Under the pieces are notes generated by a model. The model had not been told where the DNA came from. It was given only the letters and a program-made list of their open reading frames with translations, and did not search any database. Positions 52,191 to 62,599 of a stretch of 64,000 nucleotides of DNA are shown here, piece by piece. Each line of letters begins with the position of its first letter. Positions within the stretch are counted from its first letter, which is position 1. Source of the stretch: Bacteroidota bacterium (GTDB lineage: Bacteria; Bacteroidota; Bacteroidia; UKL13-3); NCBI GenBank assembly GCA_947456185.1, contig CANGPW010000001.1, forward strand, positions 17,884-81,883. The letters run 5' to 3'. The position numbers were made by a program, and so were the translations under genes.

Positions 52191-52417
52191 TAGCTTCTAG
52201 CAGCTGGCTTCTGCCAACTAGCTTCTGGCTGATATTATTTTCGAATTTATAATTTAGGTTTTCGAATTATAAAATACATACTTGCTTCAAGGGTGGTTAT
52301 AAGGAAAGAAGATGCTTACAGCATGACGATTGTTAGTATTTCGTTATTTGAATTTCGAATTTGAAATTTTCATACTTCATACTTCGCATTTTTGTCACTC
52401 CGCATTCCGCATTCCCT
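52191..52417 (+). repeat. Heptamer tandem repeats plus composite repeat
   Basis: TAGCTTC/TAGCAGC/TGGCTTC/TGCCAAC; CATACTT x2; CATTCCG; 52294-52334 matches 47623-47663. Confidence 0.75.
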
Positions 52418-52420
52418 TCA

Positions 52421-52852
52421 TTACTTTCCAGTACTTCCGTATCCCCCCGCGCCTCTGTTGGTTTCGCTAAGTTCGGTGGTAATTTCCCAAATGGCAGTTT
52501 CGTGTTTGGCTATTACCATTTGCGCTATTCTTTCTCCCGATTTTATTTCAAAATCTTCAGTTCCAAAGTTGATAAGTAAAACTTTTACTTCGCCACGGTA
52601 ATCTGCATCAATGGTTCCTGGGCTATTTAAAACAGTAATGCCATGTTTAAATGCTAAGCCACTTCTTGGTCTTACCTGTGCTTCAAATCCAACTGGAATT
52701 TCCATGAATAATCCTGTAGGAATAATGGCCCTGGTATTGGCTTTTATTACAATGGGTTCATTTAAAAATGCACGTAAATCCATGCCTGCTGCATGTGCCG
52801 TTTCATAAGCAGGTAAATCGTTGTTAGAGTTATTTATAATTTTTATGTTCAT
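52421..52852 (-). CDS. dut: dUTP diphosphatase
   Basis: [27 protein letters not shown] and [10 protein letters not shown] motifs. Confidence 0.98.
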   Translation of the reverse strand: MNIKIINNSNNDLPAYETAHAAGMDLRAFLNEPIVIKANTRAIIPTGLFMEIPVGFEAQVRPRSGLAFKHGITVLNSPGTIDADYRGEVKVLLINFGTEDFEIKSGERIAQMVIAKHETAIWEITTELSETNRGAGGYGSTGK

Positions 52853-52910
52853 ATATAAAATAGAGTTTATGTTGTTAATAATTCAATATGGTTTATTTTG
52901 TTATGAAACA

Positions 52911-52952
52911 TTTCGACAAGCTCAATTTAATTGGTCGTTGAGCTTGTCGAAA
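52911..52952. repeat. REP-like inverted pair
   Basis: TTTCGACAAGCTCAA / TTGAGCTTGTCGAAA perfect 15-bp arms. Confidence 0.75.
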
Positions 52953-52999
52953 CGAATTTTATATTTAATAGACTATTTCAAAATACATTGTTTGATTCA

Positions 53000-54466
53000 T
53001 TAAATATTGTGAATGGTTTTAAATCGTTTTTCAACAATGAATGCCAAAGTAAAAAACGAAAGTAATAAAATTGCATTGATACTATAAATAATTTCAGGCT
53101 CAGGGAACAAATTATTGATCATTTTACCAATATAAAAAAGCACTAAAGCAAATACAGTATAACCCGCAAATTTCTTTACATGGTAATCAATTGGGTAATA
53201 TTTTTTTCCTAATAAATAACAAACTACCATCATGCTGAAATAACAAATAAAAGTAGTCCAAGCCGAGCCATCATAACCATAAATAGGAATCCAAATGAAG
53301 TTTAATACCAAAGTAATTACTGCGCCCATGATGGCAATATTTGCACCTATTTTATTGTTATCGGAAAGCTTGTACCAAATAGATAAATTATAATAAACAC
53401 CCAAAAACATATTGGCCAATAAAAGAATTGGAACTACATGTAAACCCTCATGGAATTTTACATCAATGTATTGTTTAAAAACATCAATAAAAAGAGTTAC
53501 AACCAAGAATAAAGCCAAGCAAATAATTACAAAATAATCCATCACAGTGGCGTAAAGCGTGCGTTTGTCGGTAGTTTTAGAATGACTAAAAAAGAAAGGT
53601 TCCGCAGCAAATTTAAATGCTTGAATAAACAAAGTCATTAAGATGGAAAGTTTGTAATTTGCGGCATATATTCCATTCATTTCATTGGCCAAACTGGCAT
53701 CGGGATACAAATATTTTATCAGCACTCGGTCCAATGTTTCATTGATCATTCCTGCAAAGCCTACTATAATTAATGGCGCACCATAACGCAACATCTGTTT
53801 CCAAACAGCGGCATCAAAACCCAATCTTATTTTTTTAAGTTCTACAAACAATAAAGGAATGGTAATGATACAAGCTATTAAATGACTAATGAACACATAT
53901 TTTATGCCTACTTGTCCATCAAAAAGCGGAATCAAAATGCCTTTGTTTTGCATATATGGTCCTAATAACAAAAAGTATAAATTGAACAAAATACTGGTAA
54001 AAATATTGATGTTCTTAATCACCGCAAATTTAAGCGCTTTGTTTTGTTGCCTTAAATAAGCAAAAGGCAACATAGTAATGGCGTCTAAGCCAATAATTAA
54101 AGCAAAATATACAATGTATTCAGGATTATTTGGGTAGCGAATTAACGAGGCAATAGGTTCGGCAAAGAACATAAAACCTAGCATAAAAATAATGGAACTA
54201 ACAATAACCGAAGTTAAGGCAGTAGAAAATATTTTTGGATTGTCTTTATTGGTATTCGAAAACCTGAAAAAAGCTGTTTCCATACCATATAAAAGTATTA
54301 CATTAAAAAAAGCTACGTAACCATACATTTCCGATTGTGTTCCAAAATCAGCTTTTGAAAACAAGGCGGTGTGTAAGGGCACCAACATAAAATTAATGGT
54401 GCGGCCTATAATGGTGCTTAAACCATAAACAGCGGTTTGCGATGCTAGTTTTTTTAATGAACTCAT
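53000..54466 (-). CDS. Polysaccharide/oligosaccharide flippase (MOP superfamily)
   Basis: Polytopic membrane protein; YGMETAFFRF, NETLDR and AAEPFFF motifs; usual neighbour of dut in Bacteroidota. Confidence 0.9.
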   Translation of the reverse strand: MSSLKKLASQTAVYGLSTIIGRTINFMLVPLHTALFSKADFGTQSEMYGYVAFFNVILLYGMETAFFRFSNTNKDNPKIFSTALTSVIVSSIIFMLGFMFFAEPIASLIRYPNNPEYIVYFALIIGLDAITMLPFAYLRQQNKALKFAVIKNINIFTSILFNLYFLLLGPYMQNKGILIPLFDGQVGIKYVFISHLIACIITIPLLFVELKKIRLGFDAAVWKQMLRYGAPLIIVGFAGMINETLDRVLIKYLYPDASLANEMNGIYAANYKLSILMTLFIQAFKFAAEPFFFSHSKTTDKRTLYATVMDYFVIICLALFLVVTLFIDVFKQYIDVKFHEGLHVVPILLLANMFLGVYYNLSIWYKLSDNNKIGANIAIMGAVITLVLNFIWIPIYGYDGSAWTTFICYFSMMVVCYLLGKKYYPIDYHVKKFAGYTVFALVLFYIGKMINNLFPEPEIIYSINAILLLSFFTLAFIVEKRFKTIHNI

Positions 54467-54469
54467 GCG

Positions 54470-55936
54470 TTATTCTTGCTCTTTTGGTTTAGTGGGGTTG
54501 GCTATACTTTGTTGAATATATGCTACTGTAAAGTCGTAAACTAATTTGAAGGCTTCATTGTATTTACTTAAACTTATTGCACTGGCTATATCGTCTATAT
54601 CGTGGTAAAAATGATAATCGCCCATCAGGTAAAAAAAGAAAGATTTTACACCTGCTTCTGTAAAATAATAGTGGTCGCTGTTTTGAGCTTTTCCGCGTGA
54701 GTTAATGTTTGGCAAATAATTCCCTTGTTCGTTGATGTATTGTAATAATTTAAACTCAGTTGGAAATTCAGTAGCATTCACAGCCGTCATGCCTTTATCG
54801 CCAGTAGCCATCAAATCTAAATTTAACAGCATGGCCATTTTATTCAAAGGAACTGAAGCATTTTGAGTATAATAATAAGAACCTAATAAGCCAGCTTCTT
54901 CGCCTGCAAAAGCTATAAATAGCACAGAATAATCCAAAGGATTTTTGGCAATGGTATTCATTAAGTCCAACATCATGGCTATACCGCTTGCATTGTCGTT
55001 AGCACCCGGGAACATGGCTTGGCCAAACATTCCCAAATGGTCGTAATGCGCAGTAATTACAATGAATGAATCGGGATATAATTTACCATTTACACTTGCT
55101 ATTACATTTTGTGTTTGATGGTCGATGGAAGCTGATTCAATATCAATTTCCATTTCAATCATGGTATGTTTGATGGCATTTTTTTGAATATAAATAATTG
55201 GAAAAGCCGCTCTTTCGGTAGCTACTGACCAAGTAAATTTATCTTGTTTGTCTATAATTAAACCTTTAGCGCCAATGGTATTTTTCAAAACACTTTCAGC
55301 CCTTTCAGCTTGAATCATTTTTTTGTTTTGAATACCAGTAATAACTATAAAACTTCTTCGCAATGGTTTTTTCAAAAAACTTTGAAAAGCAAAATTATTG
55401 TCAATAGTAGCTGAGTCAATGTATATAATTTCAAACTTTCCTTTTATGCTTGGGCAACCGGCATTTACTATAAAATCGCGGCCAGGTTCCATCCCAACGG
55501 CATCAATGTTTAAAAAAGTTTCACCCGGAAAAGTGATTACAGGAAAGCCAAATGTTTGAAAATAATCAATGGTAGGGGAACCTAAGCGATTTTTCCTAAA
55601 ACTATCAGCTATAAATCTAGCTGCTTTCTTATCGCCTTCTTTTACATAACCTCTGCCCGCATATTCGTGTGAGCATAATTTTTCAATCACCTGTTTGGCG
55701 TATTCCTTGTTTTGTGCTTTTGTTGCTATAGGTAATAGGCAAGGGGCAATGAGCAATAAGCTACTTGCTACTTGCAGCTGGCAACTGGCAAAAAACTCCG
55801 GATAGCTTGAAAAATTAATAACAAAAAATGAATTGCCGTTCGGCTTTAGCCAACGGAAAAAGAGGAAAAGAGGAGAAAATTTTAGGCAAAAAAAATCCTT
55901 TGAAATAGTTTTTATACGCTTTCTAAGGATTTTCAT
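54470..55936 (-). CDS. M28 family metallopeptidase
   Basis: TAHYDHLG, GANDNASG, FAGEEAGLLGS, LNLD, SDHYYF and YH motifs. Confidence 0.93.
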   Translation of the reverse strand: MKILRKRIKTISKDFFCLKFSPLFLFFRWLKPNGNSFFVINFSSYPEFFASCQLQVASSLLLIAPCLLPIATKAQNKEYAKQVIEKLCSHEYAGRGYVKEGDKKAARFIADSFRKNRLGSPTIDYFQTFGFPVITFPGETFLNIDAVGMEPGRDFIVNAGCPSIKGKFEIIYIDSATIDNNFAFQSFLKKPLRRSFIVITGIQNKKMIQAERAESVLKNTIGAKGLIIDKQDKFTWSVATERAAFPIIYIQKNAIKHTMIEMEIDIESASIDHQTQNVIASVNGKLYPDSFIVITAHYDHLGMFGQAMFPGANDNASGIAMMLDLMNTIAKNPLDYSVLFIAFAGEEAGLLGSYYYTQNASVPLNKMAMLLNLDLMATGDKGMTAVNATEFPTEFKLLQYINEQGNYLPNINSRGKAQNSDHYYFTEAGVKSFFFYLMGDYHFYHDIDDIASAISLSKYNEAFKLVYDFTVAYIQQSIANPTKPKEQE

Positions 55937-55950
55937 GTTATAAATAAAAG

Positions 55951-56205
55951 TTATTTAATAGCTACTACAGTGTATTCATAGCTTTCCATAATCAGGTTAG
56001 CCAATAACTTGGTACAAGCAGTTTCTACCATTGCTTTGGCTTCCGTTTCGTTAGCAGCTTCTAACTCCAAAGTAATGTGTTTGCCAATTCTTACATTAGC
56101 TATTGTAGGCAAGCCAATATTTGGCATGGAGCCAGTTACTGCTTTTCCTTGAGGATCTAATAATGCTTTGTGAGGCATAATATTGATGTGTGCTGCGTAT
56201 TTCAT
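55951..56205 (-). CDS. purS: Phosphoribosylformylglycinamidine synthase subunit PurS
   Basis: LLDPQGKAV, VRIGKHI and LLANLIMESY motifs. Confidence 0.95.
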   Translation of the reverse strand: MKYAAHINIMPHKALLDPQGKAVTGSMPNIGLPTIANVRIGKHITLELEAANETEAKAMVETACTKLLANLIMESYEYTVVAIK

Positions 56206-56903
56206 TTTGTTGTTTGTAAATTATTATAAATTGAAAAAAGTATGTATAAAACAATACTGATGTTTATTCCTAAATATCCAAATGCAAATAAACTAATCAA
56301 ACAGCATAATAAAAAGAGATATCGCAATTGATTGTTTTGCCAAGTAAAACTTTTAAACTTTAATGCAAAAAGCGGAATTTCAGCCATGAGTAAATAAGCA
56401 CTTACAAAAGGAAAAATAATTAAAAACCATTGGCTTTGAAAAATGCTTCTTAATCCAAAAATATTGGCGCTAATTACAAAAGGTAAAGCAGCTATGAATA
56501 AAGAATTTGCAGGTGTTGGCAAGCCAATGAATGATTCGGTTTGGCGGGTGTCAATATTGAATTTTGCCAATCTAATGGCAGAAAAAATTGGAATTAAAAA
56601 AGGAATATACGACAATACATTTATTTGGTTAAAGTCGATTGGAATATTGGTAATTTTATAAAAAATAAATGCTGGTGCCACGCCAAAACTTACACAATCA
56701 GCCAGTGAATCTAATTGTTTTCCAATTTCAGATCCTACATGTAAAGCACGAGCTACAAAACCATCAAAAAAATCTAATATTGCCGCAGCACCAATAAAAT
56801 AAGCTGCTAATTCTAAATTATTATTCACCAAACTGGCTACAATTGAAAGGCAACCAAACAATAAATTGAAGGAAGTAAGCGCATTTGGAATGTGTTTTTT
56901 CAT
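56202..56903 (-). CDS. pssA: CDP-diacylglycerol--serine O-phosphatidyltransferase
   Basis: HIPNALT, DFFDGFVAR...GKQLDSLAD, RLAKFN and FIGLPTP motifs; ATG 56903. Confidence 0.9.
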   Translation of the reverse strand: MKKHIPNALTSFNLLFGCLSIVASLVNNNLELAAYFIGAAAILDFFDGFVARALHVGSEIGKQLDSLADCVSFGVAPAFIFYKITNIPIDFNQINVLSYIPFLIPIFSAIRLAKFNIDTRQTESFIGLPTPANSLFIAALPFVISANIFGLRSIFQSQWFLIIFPFVSAYLLMAEIPLFALKFKSFTWQNNQLRYLFLLCCLISLFAFGYLGINISIVLYILFSIYNNLQTTK

Positions 56904-57027
56904 GGTATTTTGGACTAATAATTGTTGCAAAGTATTGGTTATTTCATTATTTGACAAAGCCAAGATAATATTTAGTTGTTTTTTTGTGCATTCATTTTAA
57001 CTTTGGAATCTAAATCCCAATTGATTA

Positions 57028-57477
57028 ATGGCTAAAATATTTTCTTTTATATTTTTATTATTCTTTACATTTTCATTGCATGCGCAAAACAAAATTAGCT
57101 TAAATAAAAATGGAAAAGTTGCCAAGTACATCTGTATGGAACAAGCTTCTTACGAAAATATTAATGGGAAAGTAAATTTGAGTATTATAATAACCGATTA
57201 TAATTTGTTATTAGAGCTAAATAATATTGATGAAAAATTATTTGTTTGCGGCAGCAGACTTAATTCCAAGGATTTTAAAATAGTGCTCATTGACAATAAA
57301 AAGAACATTACTTATACATCCAATTCCAACATACAAGTTTTATTAAAATGTAACAAAAGCAAAAATACATTTACTGTTAATTTTAGTGGATTAGTTAAAA
57401 ATAAATCATCAAAAATAAACATAATATCGGAGTTGAATGTTGAACAAAAACCAAAACAAAATTTAAAAACCTACTGA
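57028..57477 (+). CDS. Hypothetical secreted protein
   Basis: Signal peptide ending SLHA-Q. Confidence 0.65.
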   Translation: MAKIFSFIFLLFFTFSLHAQNKISLNKNGKVAKYICMEQASYENINGKVNLSIIITDYNLLLELNNIDEKLFVCGSRLNSKDFKIVLIDNKKNITYTSNSNIQVLLKCNKSKNTFTVNFSGLVKNKSSKINIISELNVEQKPKQNLKTY

Positions 57478-57496
57478 TTTTCAAAAACAAAATATT

Positions 57497-60400
57497 ATGT
57501 ATAAAAAAATATTAAGTATAACAGCAGCCTTCCTATTTATGGGTCAAGTGAATGCCCAACAAAAACCAAATATTCCTCACAGAAGTTTATTAGAAGCCAG
57601 GAATTCAACTGAATTACAAGCTATTTTTGAACAAAACGTACAAGCGGAATTAAAATATGCAAAAGAAGTTTTGGGCTTAAGTTTAGCTCCTCAAATGTTA
57701 GCAAATGGTGGCGCTATGCAATTGGTAGGTGTAAGTCAAAATGGAATTCCTCAATATATAAAAACAGATAATACAGGCGCTGCTAAAACTATTGGAACTG
57801 ATAAAGTTAACCCGGGTGGAAGTTTGGGTTTAAATTTAAGTGGCAGCGGAATGACCAATAGAATTGGTGTTTGGGATGGAGGCGCAGTTCGATTAACTCA
57901 CCAAGAATTTCAGAGCAGAGCTGTTCAAACCGATGGTGCTACAAATTTAATTGACCATGCCACTCACGTTGCAGGAACAATGGTAGCTGGAGGGGTAGCT
58001 GCTGGTGCAAAAGGAATGGCGTTTCAAGCGCCTTTAAAATGTCATGACTGGAATGACGATAATTCTGAAATGAGTGCAGCAGCAGCAGCAGGAATGCTTA
58101 TTTCAAATCATAGCTATGGAAATGTTAGTGGTTGGGAATATGACGAAACAAGCAATCAATGGAGATGGCATGGAGATGTAAGTATAAGTTCCACAGAGGA
58201 TATTAAATTTGGAATGTACGAAAGTGAAGCACAACAATGGGATCAAGTAGTTTACAACAATCCTTTTTACTTGCCTTTTAAGGCTGCAGGAAACGATAGA
58301 GGAAATCAACCAAGTGGGTTAAATTCAAAAACGTATTTTGATAATAACATTGGCGATTGGACTCCTTTTTCTGGAACTGTGCCACCAGCCGATGGTCAAT
58401 ACGATTGTATTTCAACTTATGGAAATGCTAAAAATATAATTACAATTGGCGCTGTAAATAAAATTTCAAATGGTTGGTCAAGCTCAAATTCAGTGGTAAT
58501 GAGTAGTTTTAGTGGTTGGGGTCCAACTGATGATGGAAGAATTAAACCTGATGTTTGCGCTGCAGGTGTTGATTTGTATTCAAGTTTTTCTGCTTCAAAT
58601 TCTACCTATAGTTCCATAAGTGGAACATCTATGGCAACTCCAAGTGCCAGTGGTTCGGCATTGCTCATTCAGCAGCATTTTAATAATTTAAATGCTCGTT
58701 TTTTACGTGCATCTACTTTAAAAGGATTAATCATTCACACTGCCGATGAAGCTGGAAGTAGTGTTGGACCTGATTATAGCTATGGTTGGGGATTAATGAA
58801 TACCGCAAAAGCTGTTCAAGTTATTACTGATAGTGGCACAAATAGCATCATCGAATCGCAAATACCAGTTGCTTTAACAGCTTATACAAGAACAATTGTT
58901 GCAAGTGGAAATAGCCCATTGCGAATAACTTTATGCTGGACAGATGTTCCCGCTAATCCATCATCAGGAACTATTTTAGATGATCCAAACAGCAAATTAG
59001 TAAATGACTTAGACATTAGACTTACTCGTGTAAGCGACAACCAGATTTTTAATCCATACCTATTAAATCCTGCAATTCCATCAGCGGCAGCCACTACCGG
59101 TGATAACACAAGAGATAATGTAGAACAGATTCATATTGGAGCGCCAACCGCAGGAATTTATACCATTAGAATTTCTAGTAAAAGAGCATTATCGGCTAAT
59201 CAATCTTTTTCATTATTAATCAGTGGAATTTCACCTATTCCTGCAGCTAGTTTTACAGCATCTACTCAAGCTACATGTACTGGAAGTCAAGTAGTATTTA
59301 CCAATACTTCGTCTGCAAGTACCTCTCGCACTTGGTATTTCCCAGGTGGCAATCCATCTACTTCTACAGCTGTAAATCAAACCGTAACTTATAGTACTCC
59401 TGGAATTTATGCAGTGGCTTTAAAAGTAAGTAATGTAGCAGGAACAGATTCAATTTATAGAACTAATTATATAAAAATTGGTGGCGTAACTTTACCTTTA
59501 AACGAAACTTTTGAAAGTAATTCAGCCACAGTTGGATTATGGAAAGCTACCAATAATTATGCAAATGATACTTTAGGCTGGCGCAAATGGAATAATACAG
59601 GCGGAACAGCCCCTGGAAATACTGTTTTTGGAATCAATAATTACGATAATTCTAATGCGGGAAGGAGATATCAATTAATTTCTCCAATTCTTGATTTACG
59701 TGGAATGCAAAATGCGAGTTTAAATTTCCAACATGCTTATACCAGGTATGCAACTGCCGATAAAGACTCACTAATAGTTAGCATAAGTATCAATTGTGGA
59801 TCTAATTGGATAAGACTTTATGGCGCTTCTGAAACCAGGCCAAATTTAGGAACAAGACTAGCAACTTTTACTAGAAATGGTGATCAAGCTCAAACTTCTA
59901 CCAATTTCTTTTTACCTGCTATAACAGCCGATTGGTGTAATAATACTTTAAATAGCACCCCTTGTAATACAGTAAATTTAACTCCATATGTTGGCTTAAA
60001 TAATTTATTGGTTCGTTTTGAAAGCTATTGCGGTAGCGGAAATAATTTATTTATTGACAATGTAATCATTGATGGAACACCATTTAGTCCAAAAGCAGGA
60101 TTTACAGTTCCAGGTTTGGTTTGTACCAATCAAATTTTTTCAATAACAGATACTTCAAAAAACAATCCTGATACTTGGGAATATTCTTTAACAGGGCCGC
60201 AGAATTTGACTTTTACCACCAAAAATCCAAATATAAATTTAGCTACACCAGGATTTTATGATGTAAAATTAAAAGTTAGTAATGTTTCAGGAGCCGATAG
60301 TATTACCATTACCAAATCATTTGAAGTAAAGGAATCTCCAACTTCTCCAATATTAACAATAAATGGTTCGTTATTGCTTTGCGATACCGATTCAACTTTA

Positions 60401-61330
60401 TTAACTACTAGTGGTGCTAATCTTAAATGGTATAAAGATAGTGTTGCCATTGCTGGCGCAATGGATTCAATTTATTACAATAAATTTGCAGGAAAAATAG
60501 CTGTGAGAACAACCGCTACAAACGGATGTTCGGCACAAAGTAATATTTTAACTTTTACAGCAGGTTCAAAACCACCAGTTCCTATAATTACAAAATCGTT
60601 ATCAGGAAATGTGTTCTGCGATGGTGGTATATTTGTATTAACATCAAGTGCAACTACTGCAAATCAGTGGCAAAAATATGGAGTAGATTTAGTGGGTGAA
60701 ACCGGCACTGCATTAAACTATAATGATTCAGGAACATTTACTGTAAAAGTATCAAATGGTGCATGTTTTGCGCTTTCAGCACCTTTAACGCTAACCAAAT
60801 TAACAAAACCAAATACATCAGAAATTACGGCTTCACGTTTTGCTTATAAAAACGATACTGCAACATATAAAGTTACTGGATTACAAACGTCAACATTCAA
60901 TTGGTCAATAATTGGGGGAACTATTCAAAGTGGTCAAAATACAAATACCATTAAAGTAAAATGGAGTACAGGTTCTGTTGGTATAGTTAATGTAACCGAA
61001 AAAGGTGCAAATCTTTGCAATGGCACCCTAAAAACTTATCCGGTTGGAATTTGGAACACAAGTATGAACAATATTAGCAATGAAAATGAAATTCTTTTGT
61101 ATCCAAATCCTGCCAATAACTTTATAAATATTCAGTATTTAGGAAATAGTTTAACTAATTTTCAAGTAGCAATTTTTGATATTTTGGGTAAAAATATTTT
61201 AAATCAAAATGTGAATGTATCAAATAAAGATGATCAAAAAATAGATATCACACATTTACCAAAAGGAATTTATGTTGTTAAAATAACTGGAAATAATTTT
61301 ACGGCAAGCAAAACTATTTCAAAAGAGTAA
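57497..61330 (+). CDS. S8 subtilisin-like serine peptidase with PKD/Ig domains and T9SS CTD
   Basis: Triad VWDGG, DHATHVAGT, SGTSMATP; AAGND; PKD (WYFPGG); YPNPA...KGIYVV CTD. Confidence 0.94.
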   Translation: MYKKILSITAAFLFMGQVNAQQKPNIPHRSLLEARNSTELQAIFEQNVQAELKYAKEVLGLSLAPQMLANGGAMQLVGVSQNGIPQYIKTDNTGAAKTIGTDKVNPGGSLGLNLSGSGMTNRIGVWDGGAVRLTHQEFQSRAVQTDGATNLIDHATHVAGTMVAGGVAAGAKGMAFQAPLKCHDWNDDNSEMSAAAAAGMLISNHSYGNVSGWEYDETSNQWRWHGDVSISSTEDIKFGMYESEAQQWDQVVYNNPFYLPFKAAGNDRGNQPSGLNSKTYFDNNIGDWTPFSGTVPPADGQYDCISTYGNAKNIITIGAVNKISNGWSSSNSVVMSSFSGWGPTDDGRIKPDVCAAGVDLYSSFSASNSTYSSISGTSMATPSASGSALLIQQHFNNLNARFLRASTLKGLIIHTADEAGSSVGPDYSYGWGLMNTAKAVQVITDSGTNSIIESQIPVALTAYTRTIVASGNSPLRITLCWTDVPANPSSGTILDDPNSKLVNDLDIRLTRVSDNQIFNPYLLNPAIPSAAATTGDNTRDNVEQIHIGAPTAGIYTIRISSKRALSANQSFSLLISGISPIPAASFTASTQATCTGSQVVFTNTSSASTSRTWYFPGGNPSTSTAVNQTVTYSTPGIYAVALKVSNVAGTDSIYRTNYIKIGGVTLPLNETFESNSATVGLWKATNNYANDTLGWRKWNNTGGTAPGNTVFGINNYDNSNAGRRYQLISPILDLRGMQNASLNFQHAYTRYATADKDSLIVSISINCGSNWIRLYGASETRPNLGTRLATFTRNGDQAQTSTNFFLPAITADWCNNTLNSTPCNTVNLTPYVGLNNLLVRFESYCGSGNNLFIDNVIIDGTPFSPKAGFTVPGLVCTNQIFSITDTSKNNPDTWEYSLTGPQNLTFTTKNPNINLATPGFYDVKLKVSNVSGADSITITKSFEVKESPTSPILTINGSLLLCDTDSTLLTTSGANLKWYKDSVAIAGAMDSIYYNKFAGKIAVRTTATNGCSAQSNILTFTAGSKPPVPIITKSLSGNVFCDGGIFVLTSSATTANQWQKYGVDLVGETGTALNYNDSGTFTVKVSNGACFALSAPLTLTKLTKPNTSEITASRFAYKNDTATYKVTGLQTSTFNWSIIGGTIQSGQNTNTIKVKWSTGSVGIVNVTEKGANLCNGTLKTYPVGIWNTSMNNISNENEILLYPNPANNFINIQYLGNSLTNFQVAIFDILGKNILNQNVNVSNKDDQKIDITHLPKGIYVVKITGNNFTASKTISKE

Positions 61331-61346
61331 GTTTTCGTTATCAATT

Positions 61347-61385
61347 AAACAAAAAGAACACGAGCAAAGCGTGTTCTTTTTGTTT
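61347..61385 (+). terminator. Rho-independent terminator
   Basis: AAACAAAAAGAACACG / CGTGTTCTTTTTGTTT. Confidence 0.8.
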
Positions 61386-61399
61386 TAAATTATTCAATT

Positions 61400-62080
61400 T
61401 TGAATCAAAAGCACAAACTTTTTAATCAATTAAACCCAAGTCAATTAAAGCAGAAACAAGCTTTTTGTAATGTTTTGGTTCGGTACGTTCCTAGGCTAGC
61501 TGTGGAATATTGCGCTGAGCTAATTATTTTTCATCAATTACACTTACATATAGAAAAAGAGCGTAAGAGCAAATATGGTGATTACAGTCCACATAATGGA
61601 CAAGGAAACAGAATAAGTATCAACCATAATTTAAGTAAATTTGATTTTTTAATTACCTTTATTCATGAACTTTCCCACCATACCGCTTTTGTAAAATTTG
61701 GTAGTCGCCACGATCCGCATGGTGAAGAATGGAAAACTGAATTTCAAAGGAACATGGTTCCGTTTTATGAACATGAAACATTATTTCCTTCTGATTTAAA
61801 AGTGGCTATTTCCAAACACATGCGAAATCCTAAGTACAGCCATTCGGCAGATATAAAACTTTTACAAGTTTTAAAAAAATATGACGAAAGCAAAGTTAAC
61901 ACCATTATTTTAGCTGATTTACCAAATGGTACATTGTTCAAAATGAAAGGCTTTGACGAAGTGCTGAAAAAAATAGAAAAATTGAGAACATATAATTTGT
62001 GTGAAACATTCAAAGGAAAAAAATATAGGGTTCATGCCATGGTGGAAGTAATATTGGTTGAAAACCAAACCAATCAATAA
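61400..62080 (+). CDS. SprT-like domain metalloprotein
   Basis: R.SKYGDY, ITFIHELSHH (HExxH) and PHGEEWK motifs. Confidence 0.88.
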   Translation: MNQKHKLFNQLNPSQLKQKQAFCNVLVRYVPRLAVEYCAELIIFHQLHLHIEKERKSKYGDYSPHNGQGNRISINHNLSKFDFLITFIHELSHHTAFVKFGSRHDPHGEEWKTEFQRNMVPFYEHETLFPSDLKVAISKHMRNPKYSHSADIKLLQVLKKYDESKVNTIILADLPNGTLFKMKGFDEVLKKIEKLRTYNLCETFKGKKYRVHAMVEVILVENQTNQ

Positions 62081-62162
62081 AACTATTAAAGAATTTTTAT
62101 TGTTCTAAACTATATAACATATACTTTTGTGGTGTTTTAAATATTAGAAAACATTTTATTTT

Positions 62163-62489
62163 ATGATAACAGTAAGCGAAAAAGCAAAAAAACGGATAGA
62201 AGAATTAATCATTGAACAAAATTATACGCCTTCCCATTTTTTAAGAGTAGGTGTAGAAAGTGGTGGATGTTCTGGACTTTCGTATAAATTAGACTTTGAC
62301 AATGAATTAAAACCTGGAGACGAAAAATTTGGGGATAAAGGGGTAGAAATAGTTACAGATAAGAGAAGTGTTTTGTATTTATTTGGAACTGAACTTGATT
62401 TTACAGACGGTTTAAACGGAAAAGGCTTCACTTTTGTTAATCCAAATGCTTCACGTACATGTAGTTGTGGAGAAAGTTTCTCAGTATAA
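62163..62489 (+). CDS. iscA: Fe-S cluster assembly accessory protein (HesB/IscA)
   Basis: GGCSGLSY and NPNASRTCSCGESF motifs. Confidence 0.93.
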   Translation: MITVSEKAKKRIEELIIEQNYTPSHFLRVGVESGGCSGLSYKLDFDNELKPGDEKFGDKGVEIVTDKRSVLYLFGTELDFTDGLNGKGFTFVNPNASRTCSCGESFSV

Positions 62490-62508
62490 ACATTTTTTTT
62501 GTGGAGTG

Positions 62509-62538
62509 TTTGATATTTAAATCAAAAAAGTATATTTG
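62509..62538 (+). promoter_or_regulatory. Bacteroidota promoter for rpsT
   Basis: TTTG followed 18 nt later by TATATTTG. Confidence 0.7.
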
Positions 62539-62599
62539 CAGCCCTTTATTAGATAAAAGTACATTTAATAAATTTTAAAGAGAAAAATTAAATAGAAAG

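Noticed and set aside
41731..52400. Classical tRNA-Leu-integrated island or prophage
   Set aside because: The variable region lies on the 5' side of the tRNA; no duplicated tRNA 3' end, integrase or phage genes were seen
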